Source: a phage. From it: a stretch of 64,000 nucleotides of DNA. The DNA is taken from the sequence record OZ335963.1, one strand, 5' to 3'. Of the stretch, positions 23,988-33,384 are shown one piece after another; position 1 is the first letter of the stretch; every line of letters begins with the position of its first letter. The notes under the pieces are model-generated. The model was not told the origin of the DNA, made no database searches, and worked only from the letters and a program-made list of their open reading frames with translations. The position numbers were made by a program, and so were the translations under genes.

Positions 23988-25082
23988 ATGGCAATTGTTA
24001 AAGAAATAACTGCTGATTTAATTAAAAAGTCCGGTGAGAAAATTTCAGCCGGACAGAGTACTAAATCAGAAGTAGGAACTAAAACATACACAGCCCAGTT
24101 TCCAACTGGGCGTGCTAGTGGGAATGACACTACAGGGGACTTCCAGGTAACAGATCTATATAAGAATGGATTATTATTTACTGCATACAATATGTCATCT
24201 AGGGATTCTGGAAGTCTCAGAACGATGAGATCTAACTACTCTTCTTCATCTTCTAGTATTTTACGTACAGCCAGAAACACTATCAGTAATACAGTATCAA
24301 AACTGTCAAATGGATTAATATCAGATAATAATTCAGGAACAATAAGTAAAGTTCCTGTTGCAAATATTCTTTTACCGAGATCTAAATCCGATGTTGATAC
24401 ATCATCACATAGATTTAACGATGTTCAAGATAGTCTTATTACAAAAGGTGGAGGTACTGCTACTGGCGTGTTAAGCAATATGGCTTCAACTGCAGTATTT
24501 GGAGCACTGGAAAGTATAACACAAGGTATAATGGCTGATAATAATGAACAGATTTATACGACAGCCAGAAGTATGTATGGTGGTGCTGAGAATAGAACTA
24601 AAGTGTTCACTTGGGATTTGACTCCGCGTTCCACAGAAGATTTAATGGCTATTATTAATATCTATCAATATTTTAACTATTTTTCTTATGGTGAAACGGG
24701 TAAATCTCAATATGCTGCTGAAATAAAAGGATATCTAGATGAGTGGTATCGCTCTACTTTTATTGAGCCATTAACTCCAGAAGATGCAGTTAAAAATAAG
24801 ACGTTATTTGAGAAAATGACATCGAGTTTAACTAACGTTCTTGTAGTTTCAAACCCGACAATTTGGATGGTTAAAAACTTTGGCGCAACTTCTAAATTTG
24901 ACGGAAAAACAGAAGTGTTTGGACCGTGTCAAATTCAAAGTATTAGATTTGATAAAACTCCGAATGGTAATTTTAACGGATTAGCTATTGCTCCAAACCT
25001 CCCTAGTACATTTACTCTTGAGATTACTATGAGAGAAATTATCACGTTAAATCGTGCTTCTTTATATGCGGGGACTTTTTAA
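23988..25082 (+). CDS. 48: Baseplate-tail tube junction protein gp48
   Basis: 364-aa ORF, T4 gp48 length. Confidence 0.9.
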   Translation: MAIVKEITADLIKKSGEKISAGQSTKSEVGTKTYTAQFPTGRASGNDTTGDFQVTDLYKNGLLFTAYNMSSRDSGSLRTMRSNYSSSSSSILRTARNTISNTVSKLSNGLISDNNSGTISKVPVANILLPRSKSDVDTSSHRFNDVQDSLITKGGGTATGVLSNMASTAVFGALESITQGIMADNNEQIYTTARSMYGGAENRTKVFTWDLTPRSTEDLMAIINIYQYFNYFSYGETGKSQYAAEIKGYLDEWYRSTFIEPLTPEDAVKNKTLFEKMTSSLTNVLVVSNPTIWMVKNFGATSKFDGKTEVFGPCQIQSIRFDKTPNGNFNGLAIAPNLPSTFTLEITMREIITLNRASLYAGTF

Positions 25083-26047
25083 TGTATTCTTTAGAGGAAT
25101 TTAATAATCAAGCAATAAACGCAGATTTTCAACGTAATAATATGTTTAGCTGCGTTTTTGCGACAACTCCATCAACTAAAAGCTCTTCGTTGATAAGTTC
25201 AATTAGCAACTTTTCTTATAATAATTTGGGTCTAAATTCAGACTGGTTAGGATTGACTCAAGGCGATATTAATCAGGGAATTACCACGCTAATTACTGCT
25301 GGCACACAAAAACTGATAAGAAAATCAGGGGTTAGTAAATATCTTATTGGTGCCATGAGTCAACGTACAGTTCAAAGTTTATTGGGCTCATTTACCGTCG
25401 GTACATATTTAATTGACTTCTTTAACATGGCATATAACTCGTCTGGATTGATGATATATTCTGTAAAAATGCCAGAGAATAGATTATCCTATGAAACTGA
25501 CTGGAACTATAACTCTCCTAATATTCGTATAACTGGGAGAGAATTAGACCCTTTGGTTATTTCATTTAGAATGGATTCAGAAGCTTGTAACTATCGTGCA
25601 ATGCAAGACTGGGTTAACGCTGTTCAAGACCCAGTAACTGGATTGCGTGCTTTGCCACAAGATGTCGAGGCAGATATTCAGGTTAATCTTCATGCTCGTA
25701 ATGGATTACCTCATACTGCGGTGATGTTCACTGGATGCATTCCAGTCTCAGTGAGCGCTCCTGAGTTATCATATGATGGAGATAACCAAATAACTACATT
25801 TGATGTTACTTTTGCATATAGAGTCATGCAGGCTGGGGCAGTTGATAGACAAGCTGCGCTTGAGTGGCTTGAATCTGCTGCTATAAATGGCATTCAAAGC
25901 GTTCTCGGAAATAGTGGAGGTGTTACTGGATTATCTAATTCGCTTTCACGGCTTAGTAGATTAGGAGGAACTGCTGGAAGCATTTCAAACATTAATACTA
26001 TGACAGGAATTGTCAATTCGCAAAGTAAAATATTAGGAACAATATAA
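25082..26047 (+). CDS. 54: Baseplate-tail tube initiator gp54
   Basis: 321-aa ORF at T4 gp54 position; terminator after stop. Confidence 0.9.
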   Translation: MYSLEEFNNQAINADFQRNNMFSCVFATTPSTKSSSLISSISNFSYNNLGLNSDWLGLTQGDINQGITTLITAGTQKLIRKSGVSKYLIGAMSQRTVQSLLGSFTVGTYLIDFFNMAYNSSGLMIYSVKMPENRLSYETDWNYNSPNIRITGRELDPLVISFRMDSEACNYRAMQDWVNAVQDPVTGLRALPQDVEADIQVNLHARNGLPHTAVMFTGCIPVSVSAPELSYDGDNQITTFDVTFAYRVMQAGAVDRQAALEWLESAAINGIQSVLGNSGGVTGLSNSLSRLSRLGGTAGSISNINTMTGIVNSQSKILGTI

Positions 26048-26051
26048 CAAT

Positions 26052-26080
26052 GGGGACCTTTCGGTCCCCATATTTTTATT
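26052..26080. terminator. Terminator after gene 54
   Basis: GGGGACC-TTTC-GGTCCCC then T-rich tract. Confidence 0.75.
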
Positions 26081-26366
26081 TACGGAATGAAATAAAAGCA
26101 GCAACTGAAGCAACTAAACTGTCTTCAATATAAACTTCAATTTTTACCGGAGCTTCTGACTCAAATTTACCTGTTACTACACCTTGGAAAATGCTTTCAG
26201 TCTGTTCTGGCTTTGAAAAATTTTCAGAAGGAAAAATTCCGAACTTTTTATCTGTTCCAAAAATTTTGATAAATTCATCATAAACTGCTTCATTAAAAGC
26301 GTTATCAGCAGGAATAACGCCTTCAACTACAAGTTCTTGGCCTAAAAAGCGTAAAGAAGATTTCAT
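26076..26366 (-). CDS. Hypothetical early protein (alt.-3-like position)
   Basis: 96-aa ORF with sigma70-type promoter and GAGGA Shine-Dalgarno upstream. Confidence 0.55.
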   Translation of the reverse strand: MKSSLRFLGQELVVEGVIPADNAFNEAVYDEFIKIFGTDKKFGIFPSENFSKPEQTESIFQGVVTGKFESEAPVKIEVYIEDSLVASVAAFISFRK

Positions 26367-26397
26367 TTTGTGTTCCTCATGTTATGTCAGTAAAATT

Positions 26398-26426
26398 ATT
26401 ATAACACAACACGAGGGACTTGTAAA
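26398..26426 (-). promoter_or_regulatory. Early sigma70-type promoter (TTTACA, 17 nt, TATAAT) upstream of alt.-3-like gene
   Basis: Minus strand -35 TTTACA at 26421-26426, -10 TATAAT at 26398-26403, 17-nt spacer; block duplicated at 42356-42384. Confidence 0.65.
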
Positions 26427-28484
26427 CTACATCTTGAACTTTTTAGACATTCCGTTGATGTTAACCAAAGAAGCCAAGATTTGAGAAACTTCGTTTTCCT
26501 CTTCTTTTGATTCTTCTACAAGGAATTGATTAAACCCAGCCATTGGACGAACTTCACCAGTTTCCATTAGATGATCGCCATCATATACCGATTCTTCTAA
26601 TTGTTCAGAAGGAGGAACGATTGTGCCTTCGATTAGATACTTGTTATAAGCAGTTTCTTTCATCATGTACGTGCTCACTTTATTAATCTTCAGCAAAATT
26701 CCACGCGGTAGAATAACTTCAGCTTCTGATGGAAATCCTGATAAATGACCTGGAACGATAACTTTGATTCGCTCAGCCCCTTTAATTACCATACCTACGC
26801 TAGTTTCAGCATCTTCATTAGCATATGCAGAATGACTACCCATATGCATTAAATCTTCAGCATCAACAGAACCTTCTCCTTCACCAGAAAATACTGCGCC
26901 GGAATCATCTAGAGCCATATAGTTTTTACCATGCTCACCGAAGATATTTGGTTTAAGCGATGTTGATACGAAGTTCTTAAAATAGAACATTTTATTTTCA
27001 ATATTATGACGTAAAGTTTTAAAAGTAACTTCTTGCCCACGATAAAGCGTAGTTCCTGGAGGAAGAACTGATCCTTTGGCGAACGCAGAATCCAGCGTCT
27101 CGATGTGTTTAATAGCTCGTTCCATGTATTCTTCACGGGTAGAATCTGGTTTACCCAAGAGGAACGAGTTCATTTCAACATATGAATCTGCACAATAATC
27201 TTCAATTACATCAGACTCAGCCTGAGTTAATCCTTTTGGAGTTACTTCGGTGCTTGCGTATTCATATGCCTGAGCAGCAGATTCATTAATCAATTTATAA
27301 ATGCCATTCATGACAAATTGAATAATAGCTACCTTTTCGTCTGGTGTGGCTTTAGAACCTTTAACTAAATCATTGATAATTTTCTTAATAACATCAAAGC
27401 TATTAGAAATATTAATGTCAGCGAGATCGCTCAAAATTTTATCAGTTTTATAATCAAAAAATTCTTTATTCTTTAAATATTCTTGAGAACCTTGATATGT
27501 TATATCGCTCTGCAGCTTGATAGATGGATCACGTAAACGTGCATGGGCCAATGCAATATGATTTCGGAAGCTTTCTAGTTCATAATCGTTAGATTTAAAA
27601 CGAGAAGCACTTCTCATACCACCGATAGCTCCTTTGCTGAAGTTTGAACCAATCTGAATAACGCCAGAGTTCATTGGTCCTTCTGCTTTATATACCGGAA
27701 CTTTAGATTCAAACTCTTGATATTTCTTAGCGGCGAAGCTATCACCCTGAAGTGAAGCATCAACAGTAGAATATTGAGCTTGCGCTGCTAATCGACGACT
27801 AATTTTAGTTTTCTGAATAACAGCTTGATCCGTGCGCTTATCATTTTCTAAAGCAATAGAAGCAGCAACAGCAACAGCTTTAGGGACAGCATTACCTGTT
27901 TTAACATCTACATACACATCACCAACCTTTGATTCAACTTTTGTGAATAACTCAGTTGAAATAGGAGGTACACCTGGAATGTCTTCTAAATTGGCATTTT
28001 TACGGTAAACCATAATATATGCATACTTTTTATCATAATCCCAGATTTCTTTTAAAAGAACATATCGACCTGCTCCTTTAGTACGTACTAAACGGTCAGC
28101 AATAACTTGCATTTGACGAGCTGCGCCATTTGTTTTACTTTTTAGTACGCGGAATAGGCATGCGTCAATTTTATACTGTTTCATTGTTTGAAGAGCAGTA
28201 TCAAAAACTGCATTAATGACACCAATTGGATTTCCACCCAAGTTTTTAAGCTTAACTAATGATAGTTTCTCATTAACACCTATCATTACGATATGCATCA
28301 TTTTATCGCCTGGCTTAACGTTTTTATTTGTATCACCGCCAGAGGTGTATGTACAAAATCTAAATCCAGGAAGCACGCTTTCTTCACCGGCTTGAATAGC
28401 AAAAATTTGAGGTATTTTATGCTTAGGATTTAAGTTAACAACCGGCGCCGAAGCGCCGTCAAATAATTCTGTAATAAGTTCCAT
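26427..28484 (-). CDS. Alt-like ADP-ribosyltransferase paralog
   Basis: 685-aa ORF; N-terminus MELITELFD and C-terminal ART motifs (YRGQ, FVSTSL, EAEVILPRG) shared with neighbouring alt; central region divergent. Confidence 0.85.
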   Translation of the reverse strand: MELITELFDGASAPVVNLNPKHKIPQIFAIQAGEESVLPGFRFCTYTSGGDTNKNVKPGDKMMHIVMIGVNEKLSLVKLKNLGGNPIGVINAVFDTALQTMKQYKIDACLFRVLKSKTNGAARQMQVIADRLVRTKGAGRYVLLKEIWDYDKKYAYIMVYRKNANLEDIPGVPPISTELFTKVESKVGDVYVDVKTGNAVPKAVAVAASIALENDKRTDQAVIQKTKISRRLAAQAQYSTVDASLQGDSFAAKKYQEFESKVPVYKAEGPMNSGVIQIGSNFSKGAIGGMRSASRFKSNDYELESFRNHIALAHARLRDPSIKLQSDITYQGSQEYLKNKEFFDYKTDKILSDLADINISNSFDVIKKIINDLVKGSKATPDEKVAIIQFVMNGIYKLINESAAQAYEYASTEVTPKGLTQAESDVIEDYCADSYVEMNSFLLGKPDSTREEYMERAIKHIETLDSAFAKGSVLPPGTTLYRGQEVTFKTLRHNIENKMFYFKNFVSTSLKPNIFGEHGKNYMALDDSGAVFSGEGEGSVDAEDLMHMGSHSAYANEDAETSVGMVIKGAERIKVIVPGHLSGFPSEAEVILPRGILLKINKVSTYMMKETAYNKYLIEGTIVPPSEQLEESVYDGDHLMETGEVRPMAGFNQFLVEESKEEENEVSQILASLVNINGMSKKFKM

Positions 28485-28487
28485 GAT

Positions 28488-30584
28488 TTATCCTTGAACG
28501 AACTTGTACGGCATGTTTGTAATATCTATGCAAGACGCAATAATTCCAAGAGATGATTCTACTTTTTGTTTAACATTTGATGAAACAAATGATGCAAAGT
28601 CAACTCTGTCTTCTATTTCAATATCACCTGTCATTGCAACTACTTCACCAGTTTCCATTAGACGGTCACCGTCATAAATTACTGATTCGGTGAGTTCTTC
28701 CGTAGTCATAACTTCAGCTTGAATGAGTTTTGTATTATTAGATGTTGTTCCGTCATTATTAGAAGCATCAGTTATTTTATTAACTTTGACCATCAATCCG
28801 CGTGGTAGAATAACTTCAGCTTCAGTTGCTATTCCGAGACTTCCTGGATATACAACATTAACTTTATGAGCTCCATCAATTGCCCATCCTATTTGAACTT
28901 TAACGTATTCAGGATTTTCTTTATACGCTCTTATTTCGTTTGGATTAATAGTTATTCCTTCTTCATTTTTATCAACTGTTAATTCATTGCGAGCTTCTGG
29001 TTCTAAAAGACCAATACCAGCATGTGTAATTCCAAAACGTCCAAAAATGATAGGAGTTAAAGAAGTAGATACAAAATTTCTGAAATAGAACACTTTATTT
29101 TTAACTAGTGCTTCGTATATAGGAGCAGTCATACTTTGAGCACGATAAACTGTAATGCCTTCTGGTATACGGTCACCATTTTCAAAAGCTGAATCTAAGT
29201 TATTTATAGCAGATTCAATTTCTTTTTCACTCATTACATCATATCGTTCTGGATTGTAGCGGCCTAAAAGAAGATTATTGATGTCAGTATATCCTGATCC
29301 ACAATACTCTCTAATGCCGCGCTTTTGCGATGGAGTATATTTAGAACCATCGCGTGCAATGGTAATATCAATCATTGGACCTGCACCAATTCCAGAAAAG
29401 CTATAAATCATTCGTTTGAGGAATTTAGTTTTTGCTGCGTTCCAGGAATTTTTAGTTATTTCTTCCCAGACTTCATCTGGCTGCCCTTTGCGAGTTTTAT
29501 TATGTTTATCAAGCCATTTATCTTTGTAATCTTCAAAGAATCTATTAACAGCTGCTGCGTATTTCTCTAAACATTTTATTGAAGTAGTTGGTTCATTTTT
29601 AATCGCATTAAGAATTACATCTTTAATCTTTTCAGAAACTTCATTAACCTCACTTTTTGAAAAGAATTTATAGTCATAATGAAGTTCATCTGCAGTTCCT
29701 TCGGCAATAATTTTTGCTGCCTTAGTTTTAGAAGCCAATGAATTAATTCCAAGTTTCATTTCTTCTGCTTCGGGAATTAAAGGAGCGGTAGCAGGTTTAT
29801 TGAAATTAGCTGCAGTAGATTCATACTTTTGGAATAATTCACTTTCAAATCTAGAAGATTCCAATGACTGACTTTGTGCAATTGCTCTACGGGAAATTTT
29901 AACTTTAACGATTACAGCTTGGTCAGAACGTTTATCGTTTTCTTGCGCAATAGATGCTGCAATTGCCTCATTTTTAGTTACTTGAGCTCCAGTATCTTTA
30001 TTGATATAAACATCACCGACCTTCGATTCAACTTTAGTAAAGAGCTCGGTACTAATTTCAGGAACTCCTGGGATGTCTTCTAATGATACATTTTTGCGAT
30101 GTATAAGAATATATGCATACTTTTTATCGTAATCCCAGAGTTCCTTAAGAAGGACGTATCTGCCACCTGAACGACTGCGGATAAGCCTATCAGCAATAAG
30201 TTGAATTTGACGAGCTTGACCAGCAGTTTTAGACTTAAGAATACGGAGCATACAGGCATCAATTTTATACTGACGCATCGTTTGCATTGCAACAGTAAAA
30301 ACTGAATTGATGTAATTAATTGGGCTTGGACCGAGACCTTTTAATTTAGCAATTGAACCTTTAGCAGTTAATGTAAAAGGAACAATATGCATCATTTTAT
30401 CGCCCATCTTTAAATCGCGATTAGTATCACCTCCAGATGTATAAGTACATAAACGAAAACCTGGTTGTTCAATTGCGTCATCAACATGAACTGAAAAAAT
30501 TTGCGGTATTTTCTTCTTTGGATTTAAGTTTGTAATCGGAAGAGTAGTATCTTCGTCAAATAATTCTGTAATGAGTTCCATCAT
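28488..30584 (-). CDS. alt: Alt ADP-ribosyltransferase (capsid-packaged)
   Basis: 698-aa ORF (MMELITELFDEDTTLP...); ART motifs YRAQ, FVSTSL, EAEVILPRG; TATAAATA late promoter upstream; adjacent to gene 30 as in T4. Confidence 0.88.
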   Translation of the reverse strand: MMELITELFDEDTTLPITNLNPKKKIPQIFSVHVDDAIEQPGFRLCTYTSGGDTNRDLKMGDKMMHIVPFTLTAKGSIAKLKGLGPSPINYINSVFTVAMQTMRQYKIDACMLRILKSKTAGQARQIQLIADRLIRSRSGGRYVLLKELWDYDKKYAYILIHRKNVSLEDIPGVPEISTELFTKVESKVGDVYINKDTGAQVTKNEAIAASIAQENDKRSDQAVIVKVKISRRAIAQSQSLESSRFESELFQKYESTAANFNKPATAPLIPEAEEMKLGINSLASKTKAAKIIAEGTADELHYDYKFFSKSEVNEVSEKIKDVILNAIKNEPTTSIKCLEKYAAAVNRFFEDYKDKWLDKHNKTRKGQPDEVWEEITKNSWNAAKTKFLKRMIYSFSGIGAGPMIDITIARDGSKYTPSQKRGIREYCGSGYTDINNLLLGRYNPERYDVMSEKEIESAINNLDSAFENGDRIPEGITVYRAQSMTAPIYEALVKNKVFYFRNFVSTSLTPIIFGRFGITHAGIGLLEPEARNELTVDKNEEGITINPNEIRAYKENPEYVKVQIGWAIDGAHKVNVVYPGSLGIATEAEVILPRGLMVKVNKITDASNNDGTTSNNTKLIQAEVMTTEELTESVIYDGDRLMETGEVVAMTGDIEIEDRVDFASFVSSNVKQKVESSLGIIASCIDITNMPYKFVQG

Positions 30585-30604
30585 ATCCTCTCTAGTGTTT
30601 ATTC

Positions 30605-30612
30605 TATTTATA
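30605..30612 (-). promoter_or_regulatory. Late promoter TATAAATA (minus strand) upstream of alt
   Basis: Plus-strand TATTTATA 21 nt upstream of alt ATG, followed by GAGAGGA Shine-Dalgarno. Confidence 0.6.
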
Positions 30613-30617
30613 AAATT

Positions 30618-30635
30618 AAAGGCCCGAAGGCCTTT
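30618..30635 (-). terminator. Hairpin between gene 30 block and alt late promoter
   Basis: AAAGGCC-CGAA-GGCCTTT. Confidence 0.5.
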
Positions 30636-30822
30636 AATAATCTATTGGTAAGAGAGTACGATATATTTCAAACTTTGGACCTTTTTCATAGGTATCAAAT
30701 GTTTCCGTGAATTTATTATAAGCATATGCATCTACAAATTCAATCATAATTTGTGATACAGAAGTAGAAACATCTCCACCTTCTTTTTGAGCCACGACAA
30801 TTGTTTCTAAGTAAGCTTTCAT
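30634..30822 (-). CDS. Hypothetical small protein
   Basis: 62-aa ORF between gene 30 and alt, overlapping gene 30 stop. Confidence 0.4.
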   Translation of the reverse strand: MKAYLETIVVAQKEGGDVSTSVSQIMIEFVDAYAYNKFTETFDTYEKGPKFEIYRTLLPIDY

Positions 30823-32279
30823 AGACCAGTTACCTCATGAAAATCACCAAATACATCCTCGAATGTATTAGCTTTAGTTTTATCTTCACGTAAACGAATC
30901 GCAATCGGAAGAAATAATTTAACGTAATCAGTGCGGCCATCAGATTTTAACCAACCATTACATTCGCATTCTAGAATTTTTCCAATATAATAATTTTGGT
31001 TTTCCATAATGCGAGTACGGTCAAGTTCATGCGATTTTACGCCGGCTTTATCTTTTAAGCCTGAACCAGCATTTACTTTAATTTTTCCACACTCTGATTC
31101 AAGAATAAATCCACCTGCTTTAGTAGGGTCTTTACGGTGAGGATAAATTCCTACAATTTTTAAATCAACATCAATTACTTCTTTAAATTTATAGAGATTT
31201 TTTGAACGAGCATTTTCCCATAATCCATCGATATTTTTGAGAATAATACCTTCAAGACCTTGGTCAATATACTTTTTATAAATTACCTTAGCTTCATCTA
31301 GGTTATTTACTACCTGGTTTTCAATTAAAATTACTTTATCATATCCTGATGTCATTTGTTCTAGTTTAGAAAAACGTACATCATATTTTAAACGAAACGC
31401 CGGAAGACCGTATATTTCTACCAACGGGACATAATCCCATACCTGAAACTTCATGCATTTGGCTTCTTTTTCAGAAATGGTTCCTTTTAAGGATTTATTG
31501 GCGATTCCATTAGAAGCAGTACGTGATTCAGCTACTTCGGCAAACTCTTTAGCTTTATTGATTTCAGGAGCATCAAAAAGAAAATCTAGGCCTTCTGGCT
31601 CCTTTTCAGCTTGCTCATGGTATACCAATTCGCCATCGATTAACACACCTTCTGGATGAATCTGGCGGGCTTCAGCAGTCATTTTGATTAACTCTTCCTT
31701 AAGAAGATCTAATCCTAGATATTCATTACCAGCTCGTGATAAAAGACGAACATCATCTAATTCATCGCCTCGGACTTCAGCAAAACACCGAGCTCCATCT
31801 GCTTTTAACTGTGCAAAGGCTGGAAACTTGATATTCTTATTAATGCCTTTTTCATCATAAGAACTTGCCAGCATTTGAGGTTGTTCAGGAATTAAACCTG
31901 GCCAAACTTTATTTGCGATAGATACTGAAGCACCGCATTCAAGGTCTCGCATCATAACTCGACGCAAAACTTCAACATCATCTTTTTTACCATCGGTGAT
32001 ATATCCAGTTAATTCCTCAATTGCTGCATTGCCAGTTAATTTCCGAGTAGCTAACGTGAATTCAATGAAGTCCAGCATATCAGTAATAGTCAGCATTCCA
32101 AAACTCTGGGTAGCAATACCAGGCTTAGGCCATTTCTTAATATAATACTGTAACCCACGAGAATAAGTCAGACGATACACTCGTTTAAGCAATTCATTAT
32201 CTTTATTCTTTTCAAGAATTGCTTGCTTCTGCTTAGTTGATCCGATAGATGCTATTTCATTCAGAATTTTAAGAATCAT
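30819..32279 (-). CDS. 30: ATP-dependent DNA ligase
   Basis: 486-aa ORF with adenylation motif KADGAR; matches T4 DNA ligase as remembered. Confidence 0.96.
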   Translation of the reverse strand: MILKILNEIASIGSTKQKQAILEKNKDNELLKRVYRLTYSRGLQYYIKKWPKPGIATQSFGMLTITDMLDFIEFTLATRKLTGNAAIEELTGYITDGKKDDVEVLRRVMMRDLECGASVSIANKVWPGLIPEQPQMLASSYDEKGINKNIKFPAFAQLKADGARCFAEVRGDELDDVRLLSRAGNEYLGLDLLKEELIKMTAEARQIHPEGVLIDGELVYHEQAEKEPEGLDFLFDAPEINKAKEFAEVAESRTASNGIANKSLKGTISEKEAKCMKFQVWDYVPLVEIYGLPAFRLKYDVRFSKLEQMTSGYDKVILIENQVVNNLDEAKVIYKKYIDQGLEGIILKNIDGLWENARSKNLYKFKEVIDVDLKIVGIYPHRKDPTKAGGFILESECGKIKVNAGSGLKDKAGVKSHELDRTRIMENQNYYIGKILECECNGWLKSDGRTDYVKLFLPIAIRLREDKTKANTFEDVFGDFHEVTGL

Positions 32280-32545
32280 TGTTCATCCTTCAGAGTTTGA
32301 TTTACAGCTCTATTATAAATCAATTCATCATTAAGCTCAGGCAAAGACCTATGATATGTAGTTCTAACTTTATTTCCTTGCATCCAGTGCTTAACGTAAA
32401 TGAAACCTTGCTCTACACATTTTTTAAAAATTCGTTCGTCTTTTTGAGCTCGGAATTCTGGATTGCATCTAAAAAATTGATTTACGTGACCGTAATCACG
32501 TGTAGTATTACCTTCATTTTCATAAATAGTGTGAACGACAAACAT
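32276..32545 (-). CDS. Hypothetical protein (30.1-like)
   Basis: 89-aa ORF, translationally coupled. Confidence 0.55.
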   Translation of the reverse strand: MFVVHTIYENEGNTTRDYGHVNQFFRCNPEFRAQKDERIFKKCVEQGFIYVKHWMQGNKVRTTYHRSLPELNDELIYNRAVNQTLKDEQ

Positions 32546-33384
32546 TAGAATGCTCCTTGAAAAATATTGTCACCACTAGTAGGTCTATTATACAAATACT
32601 CTATGCCACCAGGTTTAATGTAGTTCCATGTCTGAAACGGATGTGTCTGATATGGATGATATAGATGATTATATGGATTTAATCCAGGCGTTCTCCAGGT
32701 AGTGTTCCAAGGAAAAGAATCGTTTTTAACCATCTTCTCAATTAAATCTTTTATAGCTTTTTCACTATCAAATCTTTCTTTATTTTCCTTCGGCGAAAAA
32801 AGCTTATTTTCTACATCATTCCATGTATAAACTCGCTGGGCAGTTTTTGGAATATTGTCACGCTCTCCTCGAGCCATCCAATAAACAGGAACATTTAATA
32901 TTTCACTCGCATGATCACAGTGATGAGCGAGATCGTCAATATAACAAATTACGTTATATTTCTCTTTTGCCTTTTTGAACAGCTCTTCTTTTGAAGAATC
33001 ATGACCACACATCATTACTTCTGAAAATGCACCAGGAAAAAGAGCATTCAAATTAAATTGACGATTCAGCAGAGCGTCAATAGAATCACCTAGTGCTGTA
33101 ACAGCTACAAAATTATAATCTTCTTTTAATTTGTTAATTACACACAGGGCATCTTTATATGGAGACAAGTAACGAATAAAATCTGATCGATTGTATTTTT
33201 CAATTAACTTGACACCAAGTTCTTCATCACAATTAAAGAGTTTACCTGGAGAAATAAATTTCTCATCTTGGATCATTTTTAAAATATGTTCTAACGGAAG
33301 ATTATATTTCTGAGCAAAATAAGGAAGACCTGATTGCCAGCTTAAACATACTCCATCAATATCAGTTAAAATAGTAGGCTTCAT
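32545..33384 (-). CDS. HAD-superfamily hydrolase-like protein (30.2-like)
   Basis: 279-aa ORF with N-terminal LTDIDGV (DxDG motif I). Confidence 0.65.
   Translation of the reverse strand: MKPTILTDIDGVCLSWQSGLPYFAQKYNLPLEHILKMIQDEKFISPGKLFNCDEELGVKLIEKYNRSDFIRYLSPYKDALCVINKLKEDYNFVAVTALGDSIDALLNRQFNLNALFPGAFSEVMMCGHDSSKEELFKKAKEKYNVICYIDDLAHHCDHASEILNVPVYWMARGERDNIPKTAQRVYTWNDVENKLFSPKENKERFDSEKAIKDLIEKMVKNDSFPWNTTWRTPGLNPYNHLYHPYQTHPFQTWNYIKPGGIEYLYNRPTSGDNIFQGAF

Noticed and set aside
29325-30083. Plus-strand ORFs (81 and 69 aa) inside alt
   Set aside because: Antisense to a strongly supported ART gene; Cys/Phe-rich junk composition and no promoter or ribosome-binding site.
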